A stretch of DNA of 64,000 nt, from contig NW_024704743.1 in NCBI RefSeq assembly GCF_018977255.1, positions 24,554,001-24,618,000 of the forward strand, given 5' to 3'. Below are positions 40,301 through 52,300 of the stretch, one piece after another. The position numbers and the translations under genes were made by a program. How positions within the stretch are numbered: the stretch's first letter is position 1; each line of letters opens with the position of its first letter. Below the pieces are notes generated by a model. The model was not told where the DNA came from. It worked only from the letters and a program-made list of their open reading frames with translations, and did not search any database. Source of the DNA: Callorhinchus milii (lineage: Eukaryota).

Positions 40301-43300
40301 AAACAGAAGTCGCTGGGAAAACTCAGCAGGTCAGCAGCATCTATGGAGAAAGGAAAGTGAGTCAATGTTTCGGGTCCGCAACCCTTCTTCAGAACTCAAG
40401 GATTATTATTATTATTATTATTTCAAATGCAAGGTTTATTATTATTAACCTGAAATCTTCAGATTTTTACAGAATTGATTAGATCTGAGGATTCATGTTT
40501 GTAATTTATTTTGTACACCAAACATATCCGCCCTGGATTTTATTAGATCTGTTGTTCTGCATTTGCCTTCAGCCTTTGTTCTGAACAGCTGTACACAGAG
40601 TCCCAAACTTATGCAAAGATACAAAGAATGTACTGCATGGGAACAGGCCATTCCACATGAGTCTAAAATAATGCCTATCTGCGAGGCCATCAGCATCCAT
40701 TTCCCTTTCCAGACTGATCCCAAAGCAAGATTTAAAAAAAACACATTACCCTGATATTTGCCGCCCATATTTAGGGGAAATTTTTATAAGCGCACATATT
40801 GTTGGGTCAGGGCTGGGGAATGGGATATTTGGAATCTATCTTATGCTTGTGAATTCTATTATACCAAAGCAGCTAACATTACAAGAATCATTGAAAGTTA
40901 CCGCACAGAAATGGGCCATTTGGCTCATCAAATCTGAACTATTTATTTTCGTATCATGAGCACATTAATCTAATCTCAATCTCATACTCGTTCCTCATAC
41001 CCTTTGATATTATTTTCAGGCTTGGATGTTAAGTTCCTTTTTAAAACTAATTGATGTGTACAGCTGTCTCGACAGAACTGTTAGAAGTGACTGATAACAT
41101 TCATAATTGGGTCAAGAAGGGAATATGTGGCTCCTTGTGTCTGGCGGATTTTATCTTTTTGGTGCTCTTCAAATATACGTGCTGATAATGTTAAGCAGAG
41201 AGTTGCACAGCTGTTATGAATCAACATGATGTTTAAAGATATACTGTCAAGGCTGGTTAATTCCTGACTGTAAACATAATAACCGTGCTCAAATTTTTCA
41301 AGTGATTTGCAAAAAAAAACCTGTTCAATCGTTAACCGAAATATAAAGGTTTCATGATTCCACGTGACTATGAACAGAATTGTTGAGACTTGAATGTCGG
41401 GGTCGATGGGTTTATCTCAATGTGCTGCTATCAAACTTGAACACTTCCATTGGATACAATCCAGAATTCTACGCCCATGAACTTTAGAACTTAATTTTTC
41501 TTTCCTTTCTTCATTTTATTAATACATGTGCAATCCTCAGACTGTGAAACTTCTTAACTCCCCCTTTCAAACTAAAATTACAGGGTTTTCAACCTGAGCT
41601 TGCTGTTTCTTCAATTTTGAATGGCTCCTGCTTTTGCTTTGCGAAAATGGCTGCTGCTTTTTCCTGCAACAAAATAGTCACTGCACTAAAGCACTACAAG
41701 AACATTAATCTTAAAGGAATAAATCAACTCAGACATCGAGAATAGTTTCAGTATTGCAATAGCAATCCTAAACCACTAAAATAATTACAAAAACAGTTTA
41801 AATGAAACCACAAACATTTTAAAATCTGATTTTGTACACTGAATTTGTAATCTTATTCTTTTGCAAATTCTTTATTTTAGTTTTGTCGTATTATTTTCTA
41901 CCTGCCCTAATCTATTCTTCCCTGAATTTTTGGAAACCTTTTGCTGACCTTACCTTACTTTTCTTCTGACCCTCCTTTCTTTTTCCCTCTCACTTTGGAA
42001 CATCTTTGTGTTAATGTTACCTTGACTGGCTTAGTACTGAACTGCCAGGTGAGATGCAACTAATCCCAAACTATAAATTTGTAGGTTGAGAGGGCAGCCA
42101 TATAAGACACCACCCCATTGTAAATACATACTGACAAGAGAGAACCCATTAATCTCATTCTTTGAGAATACCTACCATTTTCCCAGTATAACATTAAGAT
42201 GCTTTATGATTGACTTCATATTTGGGGAGGACAAATTTGCAAGGCTATGGGGTGAGAGCGGGGTGTGGAATTGACTTGGATAGCTCTTTCAAAGAGCCGG
42301 CATGGGCACAATCAGCTGAATGGCCTCCTTCTGTGCTGTATAATTCTATGATTCTAATGCCATTTTCTCTGCTACCATTTCTAGTAATTCAGATGTTCAA
42401 GCGTTAATTACCACCTATATTAAGAGATATTTCTTGGTATCTGACTTAAAATGATCGTTAATGATCCTGAAGTTTTGGTCTCTTGTCCTGATTCATTGGA
42501 ACATCTTAAAGTACAGTTCTTGGTTCATTTTCTCAAAAGCATTTAGCATCATATAAACCTCTCTAATGCCCGCTCTGAGATGTCTTTCATCAAGTCAAAA
42601 TCTTATCGATTGATTTTTTTCATCCCTCTAACACTGGAAATCATCCACTATCCTCTTCTCTGCATTTCGTCTAAAACCCGGTCAGACACTTACTTTGTGA
42701 GAACCAACACTGAATATTCCAGGTGCAGTCTAACCAGACCACTCTACGGTTTAATTTTGACTTTGAGGGAACTCAGTTGATTTAGCAGTATTGTCCATCA
42801 TCCTGTTTGCCCATTTATTGCTTTCTCACATTGTTTGGACAAAGTGAGCGCTGAGCCAACTAACACCCTTAGATCTCTTTCAGTTTCCCTCTTGGTAAGG
42901 TCTGTCTTATCCATGGTATTTTATCCATGATGTTTTTGCATCCTATATGTAATAAGTTACATTAATAAGTTACATTAATGTGTATTGAATGATGGCACCT
43001 GAAGGATTGAAACAGAATTATTCTAAGCATGCCAGTCATCATTTCTGCAGCATGATAGATACAGTGCCATTAAATTAGTCCCATAAATTGTTTTTCTAGT
43101 TCCATTGTTTGCAAGATAGAAAGCCTCCTTTGATAACTTTTTGGGAGCAAGTAAGATCCCACATGGTCATTTCACTCTCAAACTTGTAAGAAAAAAACTT
43201 CAGACTTGTGGGAAAAAATGAATATAATAATAAAAATCCTTGCATTTGATATAGCACCTTATCACATCGTTGAGACACCTCAAAGCGCTTCACAGAATAT

Positions 43301-46300
43301 ACTGTAAAGTGAATTTACTGCATATTTTGTATGTGGAATTTATATAAGAAATGTTGCCTGGAAAGTAAAAAGTAAATGTTTTTGTCCTTTGATGATCACT
43401 TTGTGTTTCTGTGTGTGCACGTTTGCAGCATGTGAGCTTTCAAAAGCAGACATTGTGTTCCTGCTCGACAGTTCAGAGAGCATCAAGAAACATCAGTTCC
43501 AGTTGGAGAAGGATTTCTTAAAAGACTTCACAGACATGTTCGAAATTAGTCAAGACAAATTCCAGTTTGGAGTGGCCCAGTACAGCACAAACCAGAAGGC
43601 AGAATTCTACCTCAATCAGTATCATGATCGAATGATGCTGAACCGTTCAATCCAGAACATCGTGCAATTGCAGGAGGGAACCAAAACAGGAAAAGCGTTA
43701 AAATATATTGATCATTTCTTTCAACCGGAAAAAGGGAGTCGGAAGAAGGAAGGGGTTCCCCAGTTTCTTCTGGTAATTACAGATGGAGAATCTCAAGACG
43801 ATGTTAGTCTTCCAGCTGAAGCTTTGAGAAGAAACAATATCATTATATTTGCATTGGGTATTGATAAAGTGGAAAAGAAGCACATGGTGGAGATTACTGG
43901 AGATCCACAGAAAACATATATCATTAAGGAATTTACTGACTTGAGCAAATTTAAAAAAAGATTAGTGCGTACTATTTGTGTTACTGAGGAACAGAAAGGT
44001 AAGAGCATTCTTTTCAGTGAAGCATTGCATTTTTCCATCCAGTCCTAAAGCTTGGTCTTGAGAGTAAACACTCCCTCCTCTGGCTTTGGCACAATGGTTC
44101 ATGCCATTCTTGTTCCTGATCAAAGTGATCCGTGTTTCAGTGCATCCAGAAACAGGATAACAACAACTTGCATTTACCTATTGCCCTTCACGTGGAGTAA
44201 CGTCTCAGAGCGCTTAGCAACTCAACACAATGGATAACCTGTGAAGCAGCAGTTAAATATTGACTTCAGGGTTAAAAGAGACAATCAGGACCCCCGAGCC
44301 ACCATCCTGGGTGGTTCAAAAATATTTTGAAAACTGGCTTTGGACTAGACATTATGCTAAGGTTGTGGAGGGGAAACGTTCACTCCTAAGGCTAACGTTT
44401 TAGGAATGTGATATGGATAAGATATGGATAATTTTCAAATCTTTCATGGAGCATTAAACTTTTCACCACATAGTCTCTAGCTCTCCACAACTTTAAAACC
44501 AAAGTCTGAGACTTCCATAGCACGGATAGAGCAGGGGACATGGAGTTGGGATTTAGGACAGATATTTGGGTTTCAGTACATCCTCCAACCATTGCCTCTT
44601 CTTAGAATTTGCGAAGTTTTCATAAACCTCAAATTGCTCAGCCCTAGTGCCCTTGTCTTGCAATATAAGAACTGCAGCAGAAGAGAGTAGGATATATAAT
44701 TTATAATAAACACACACGTTTGGTTTAAAAATAACCCAATTTGGATTTTTTGGAGTAAGAATCTCTAAAAATACAACTAATCAACACTCATAAACATTGG
44801 CAAGGAATCGCACCTTCATTTAAACAAAATCTACAAAATAACATATAGGACAAATGTATCCAGTCACAGTATTTTAGTGTAAATTGTTTTATTTTAAAAA
44901 AATTCTTCTGTCATGTCATGAATTGGTGGCAATTATTCTTTATGAAGTATAAAGCAAATTGCACAGTAGATTTATATAACATCAACATTTATATAACAAC
45001 AGCAGTAATCGTTATAGCAACCGCAATACAAACAGAACCTTCATTTTCATAACATTTTCATAACATTTTCATTATTTGGTGCCAATGCAAAGCTTTCTTG
45101 CTAAATTTGCACAAACTATTTGCAGAGAAAATTGAGCTCCAAGTGACCAAATTAGTGCAGTCGTGAATATAAAAGTCTGATGTTCTCTTACACACTGTTT
45201 TACAATCTCTCAATAATTTGTTCAGCTGCACTCTCAGTCCCTGCAGTGTCGACATTCATAGCTTAAAAAAAACTGCATTCGACAGGCTATGGAAAGTTAA
45301 CAACTCTCGCTTGTATAGATATCTCTTTCTCTCTCTCATATATTATAATTTTGAAAATCGTCACACAGCCCAAATAAATCATAGAGCTGCAGGTTTGTAT
45401 TATGATATTCCATGGATTCTTCGAATCCCAAATTGCATTGTGTGCTTTAATACTCCCCCAAATAAATGATAATTCCTCAATTCCCCAAACACCGTCTCTA
45501 TTAAAACCATTAGAAACAAATCATGTATTTTTTTGCATACTATATTTTGTATCATATTTGTGGTAATGTGTTTAGCTTTTACTCAAGTGAAGTAGTGGCT
45601 CCTGCCTTTTAATAAGGAGAGAGACTATAAAAATACTGAGAAGAACCATGGGGTTTTAAAGGTTAAAAAATGTAGCCAGCAATTTTGGATTGATAACTTA
45701 GAAATTGTAATCATTGGGAATCGGGCAGAAATTTCCAGCTTTCATTTCTTAGTCCTTTCATCTTTGCCAAGAAATTGTGTCAAGAATTTGGGAGCCTTGA
45801 CACAGATACAAGTACAAACTGAGCCAGATTCATTGAGCCAAATGCCTTTCTCTCATTTCGTACTTTCTTACAACTGATTGATACAAAAACTGATTAAAAC
45901 AACCTTCTTGTGAAAAACGATATCAAGGAGTAAATCTGCGGTCGTTGTGTTCCAGTTTCACCAGAGTGCACCATGGACATTGCTGTGGGGTTTGATCTCC
46001 CAAGGAGGTCAGGAAAACAGACCTTATTCACTGGTCAGATGCAATTACAAGCAAAGATCGACGAGATTCTGTTTATGATCACTTCTATCACTGGCAGCAG
46101 CTGTACAGCTGATTCGAAGGCGGACATCAGGCTGGGTTTTCACATAAAAGATCGCAATGGTCTGAATGTTTTTGAAACACAGTTTGAAAACTATAACCAA
46201 GAGATTGTTGATAAGCTGAAAGCAATTCAAACAGACGCCAGCATCAATCTAAATGCAGAAACGTTGAAATCATTTTCCAACAAATTCAATACATCAGATG

Positions 46301-49300
46301 CAAACTCAAAGGTAAGATGCATCTGTCTGAAACTTTATCTAGCGACGTATGCATTGCCTTTAAACCTCAACTTAGTAATGACAAAAAGTGCTATACTCTG
46401 GAACCGCATACTGAATTTACAATTAATCCAGTAAGATTATCCTCATATATAAGCATTTAAGGTACAGAATAGCATTTTGCTAATCCTTGCATTTGATATA
46501 GCACCTTTCAAGTTGGGAGAATGTCTCAAAAAACTTCAAAACATACTTTAAAATGTATTGACTATATATTTTGTAGGCGGATTTGACAGCCAATTTGCAG
46601 GCAGCAATGTCCCACAAATAATTATGAAGTAAATGATCAATTTTATCTGAGGGATTGTTGAACAAGACACCAAAAGAAACTCGCTTTTCTTTTTGAATAG
46701 TGCCCAGGGGATTTTTTAACAGCCACCTGAACAAGCAGATGGAACCTCTATTTAACTGTGTATTGCATCCACAAAATATATAGTCAATTCACTTTATAAT
46801 ATATTGTGTGAAGCTCTTTGAGACGTCTCAACGACCTGATAAGGTGCTGTATCAAATGCACGTATTATTATCTTGTCCAAAGGATGACATGTCCAACATT
46901 GCAGCACGTCCATGCACTGCATTGGTACGTCAACCTTATTGTGAGTTCAAAATCCCAGTCAGGGGCATCCCAATTGGGGGCTCACAATCTTCTGACTCAG
47001 AGGCGAGAGTTCTACAAATATATCATCATGTCATATCTTACATCTAGGGTATGATCAGACTCATATCTTTTGTTACATTTATGCAGTCTGGAATTGACCA
47101 TTGACTGAGTTGTTACTATAGCAGTCAATGGATTCCAAGATGTACTTTTTCATGGTTTCTTATCAGAATAATTACTTGAACTACAAATAATCAATACTAT
47201 ACTTTTTTGTAGGTGGTGCTAATATTTACAGATGGATTGGACGACACTGAAGTAAGACTCAATGACGCAGCAGAAAAACTCCGCGAGGAAGGTGAATATT
47301 CGTACATTAAAACATAAACCTGATACAGGCATTTGTTGAATCTATTGAGAGTCAAATTCCCTTTTGTGTTGGTTCTCTGGTTATCTGGCTCATGTGCAAA
47401 TCTATCACCACACTTAAGAGTCTCCAAACCAAGTCACTGAGTATTGTCCACATGTATGGTTTCAGTTAGTCTGGCATCCAGTCTGCACTCTCTCCCCAGA
47501 AGGATGCACCTGGCTTACTTAAATCAAGAAGAATTAATTCAAAAAACATATGAGTGAATGAGTACATTCATACTAGATGCACATCTCTGAGGTGTGGTGA
47601 CTTGGTTGTAGCTGATTCTATTGCAGCTTGAAAGTACAGTGCACTCTTCCACTGCATTGAAGTGTCAGCCCAGGCTGTGCTCAAAGTCCCAATGTGGGGT
47701 TTCCAGCCACAATCTTCTGACTTGGGTGCGAGTGCTACTAACTCAGCCAGGGTGATATTATGATGGTATTAGAATAATAAAAAAATCCTTGCATTTGATA
47801 TAGCGCCTTATCACATCTACGAGATGTTTCAAAGCGCTTCACAGAATATACTGTAAAATTAATTGACTGTATATTTTGTGGGCGAAATGCAGTGACCAAT
47901 TGCACACAGCAGTGTTCCACAAAGAGTCATGGATTGAGTGACCAAATTGTTATCTTTAGTTTTAAGGGATTATTAGCCCCAGAAATGCAATCCATCCATT
48001 GATTAACAACCGGGTTTCTACTTACTGCTAGGTAAACAGAGGCGTGTGGAGTAAGGAAACTTGCCCAGTGTTTCGCCTTGCCCCCGAATCAAACCCAGTT
48101 CACCTGCTTGCGAGGCAAGTGCTCTAACCACTACGTTACAGGACTCCATTATTAAAGCTATCCTGATGTCTGAATTGTTTTCTGACTGTAATATTGGTGT
48201 TCATGTCAGTGTCACAGTGTATGAACTGAAAATCTACAAAAATGGTCACTCAGACCTTGAAGATGCAAATTCAGGGACCCTGCCTGCAGTCTAAGGGTTA
48301 AATATGATTTACTTGTTTTCGTTGAAAAAGAGGAGATTTTGAGCTGACCTTTAAAAATTTTACAGAATACCAAGGGCTTAACAAACTTATGTAGATAAAT
48401 TATTCAGTATAATAAATGATTAAAACTATGAGGACACAAGTTAAAAATGAAAAAACTATCAGGGAAGAAAGTCAATGAGACGTTTCCTCAGATAAATAAA
48501 TGCATGGAATAAGTTATCAGGGGAAGCTGTTGGAGTGGATAATACAAATTGGATGAAGAGCCAAGTACACATGGGATTGTGGGATATGATGAGAATAACA
48601 GCAATAAAAAAAACCCAGATCCTTCAGCACCTTAGAACGTCCTCCTGGCATGAAAGGGGCTATATAAATATACATTTGTTGGTGTTCTTACATGATGAGG
48701 AGAATGAAGGGTGGGGATTGAGAATCAGGCTGGTTCTCATGACCATTTCTGTTCCTAAAAATTCTCATGATCCAATGTTTCACTGCTGATTCAGCACTTA
48801 ACTGTCACAGTTACATGTCATTGGCATTTGTCAAATCATCATTACTGGCATATCTCTCAATTTCTATACCTAGATTTGCAGTTTATAATGAATATTAGGA
48901 ATCCTGTAGTTCAGTGGTTAGAGCATTCGCCTCGCAAGAGAGTGAATTGCTTTGATTCCCGGTTGGGGAAAGTGTCCTTACTCCACACGCCTCTGTTATA
49001 CCTAGCAATAAGTAGAAACCCGGTTATTATCTGATTGGCGGATCACTTTTCCGGGGGTAATAATTCCCTTAAAAAATTGTTCACTCAATCTACGACTGTT
49101 TGTGGGACACTGCTCTGTGCAATTGGCTGCTGCGTTTCACCCACAATATATACAGTCAATTTACATTACAGTATATTCTGTGAAGTGCTTTGAGACGACT
49201 CAAAGACATGATAAGGTGCTTCATCAAATGCAAGGATTATTATTAACATTAATAATAGTTGACCATTGCGCTTGTGGTTTAAACCCAAATTTATTTTCAT

Positions 49301-52300
49301 TTCCATTAGAAAACCTTTTCCTCCTCCCCATTTCAGAGGAAGGCATGTCACCTGCTCCTAGATCTTTGCTCATATCTTGTCTGGAACTGTCCAGAAAAAG
49401 ATGTATGGAAGACCTGCCCTTACACTGTCACCCTCTTAAGGGTTGAGGAAGCACATGAACTCAGTTCAACTCTCCAGATTATTTTGGCCAAGTTTAAGAA
49501 TGTGGCCGTGGATATATAGCTACAAATACTATGTTGCTCTGTGACATTGTGATGGTATACTCATTCTGCTAGACTTCCATCTAAATTTATGCTTCATTTT
49601 TCTAAATCATTGAAAGCAAATTATATAACTTTGCTGTGAAGGAACATTTATGGCACGGGTCAGTACACATGAAGAAGCACATTTTGGCTTCAGATTCATG
49701 CCATAAAATGAATTGCACATGCCCTTAATGAATAATTGGCTGCCGAGTTTCACCCACAAAATATACAGTCAGTGCACTATACAATATATTCTGTGAAACG
49801 CTGTGAGACGTCTCGAAGACATGACAAGGTGTTATATCAAATGCGAAGATTAAATCCAAGATTATTATTTTATTACATACGCATGACATTGGGGACTCAT
49901 GCTATGGAAGTCATGATATTGGGCAATTAGAGGAATGGAGGAATATTTCACAGAGCTTTATCTTCTAACATGTTTCTACTTGTGCTTCGTCAGTTGCATC
50001 AGGAGAGTAAAGGACTGATTTATTAAAGTTTGGTGGTTGAGTGTGTTCTGTTTTTCATTTGTCAATGAATCCCATTTTACGCACATTCCACCAAACGTTT
50101 GTACATTTTTCAATAATACAGCAACTAAGTCCACCTTAGTGAGGCTTAGAGAAGATCTGCTGGGAGGAGCAGGCTCAGTGAGCTGGAGACCTGCAGGTTT
50201 CATAGATTTTCCCTGATTAAATGAGCTCGACCTCAAAATATTCAAAAGATTTTGAAGGTTATAACAAAATAAAAGGACATTTCAACGTACGAGCTATACT
50301 TGTAATTGTTCTGTTGCTGAGGTTGGTGACTGGGAAACAATAATCAACTGTAAGGGTTATTGTTTGACTTAATAAACTATATATTGTGTGTAAACAGTCC
50401 CAATTTTCCAACTGAACAGCAACATTATTAATACTGTATTCATCAGGACAATGAACTCATAACGAAAGCATTGGTGGCAAATTGGCCGCTACATAAGCCT
50501 ACAAAACACATAGACACTACACTTCACAGGAAAATCTGTGCACAATTGGCTCCCACGTTTCGCCCACAAAATATACAGTCAATTCATATATTCTGTGAAG
50601 CGTTTTGAGATGTCTCAAAGACATGATAAGGTTCTATATCAAATGCAAGGATTATTATTATTACAAAATCTTATGAAACACTTTGAGCCATCCTCCTGAT
50701 GTGAAAGGCCGTATATCAAATGCAAGGATTGTCATTATTATTACTATTATTATTACACATTAAATTATTCTATGGAGGTAGTTTCTAAGTGGTTTTCAGT
50801 GGTAGGTCAGCCAAACCAACAAAACAGCCAGATGATATATGAATGAATAGTACTTTTCTTAGTATGTTTGAACTACCTAAAATAGCTCCCTTTTGCAGGA
50901 GATTGATATTTTGTTCACCGGGTATTTTTGTCAAGCCATTTCTGAATTATTATTATTATTAGCATAATAATAAGAGATCATAAAGATGAGGTTTAAAAGT
51001 TGAAAAGCCAAACAGAGGTCAGGAGCTAATATTCTGGCTACACCCAACATCAGAGATTTAATCGGTTTTAAAGTTGGCAGATATCTGAATGTGTTCTACA
51101 TACCCTATTCAACATTCATATTACAAAAGTCAATTGATCTTAGCCTTGGCAGCAGTTTTGGTCACTGGAGTGGGCCTTGGGTCTTGCCAACCTGGGCCTA
51201 ATACTTTCCAGAATTAGGTAAGCAGGACGTGTCCTTCCAGGGAGAGAGTGCACATTGCAATGCAATTAACAATCTATCTCTGGGATTTCCATGTGTAGGT
51301 GGAATGCATGGAATTCTCAGTTTGGTTTGGATACTCTTAAGCACGGTGATGGGTTCCACATATGTCAGACCTGGCAGACCCCAAAAAAGAGTGGGGCCAG
51401 AGAAGACAATGTTCCCACACCCAATCGCTAGATCTTCCTCTTCCCTTCTATAAAGTGCTTTCAAGTGGTGCTGTTGGGTGTGGGATGAAAGCAGGTTTGA
51501 CCTGATTGTGATGCCCCCAGTGAACATCCAAAAAGCCTGACAACCCTCACTACATAGGTACAAAACATGAAGATTGACTACTTGGTCAAGGTGCATGCAC
51601 TGAACTGTTAACCACATAAATGAGCATCCTCAGGAGAAGAGTATATAAGTATGGATATAAGTACATTATTCTTATGTTCTTTTACACAATATTATAATTT
51701 GGGACATGACACATGCATGCAACTGCCAAGATGGTGGAAAGCAAACTGGATGGACCTTGGTCTTCTTTCACCAAGCAAATTCTTATGTTCCTAAAAAAAC
51801 ATAGGAGCTTCTGGGTCTATATTGCTATCAGTTAACTTGAGACTAAATTTGCTAAATTCTTGGTGGTACTAAATTTTTAATGTAAAAGAAATCTACTCTG
51901 GGGAACAAATTAGTTCATACACAGTCTGCGTTTGTCCAATCATATCCTTTCACTTACCTCAAGGATTCAGCTGTTCTTAGTGATGCAGAAAATGACTGTT
52001 TTTCAGTCGACTCCTAATTACCACTGCATTTAATTCAGTCCTTATGGTACACATTTTTCTGTTGAAGCTATACTTTTCATTTCATTTACCAAAAAAGCAT
52101 GCTTATGCAATTGCACAATGAGACGGAGGGTTACAATGTCTGCATTGAGTTCCCGATCAGCGGGAGGTTGTGGTAAGACTGCTGTACAGGAAATCCGTCA
52201 AAGCTAGTTCAAATTAATACAGTGTCTGTGTGTCGGAGAAGAGATGAAGGTGATCCATTTTCTGGTATAAAGTGGACAAGGCAAGAAAAAACAATTGAAA

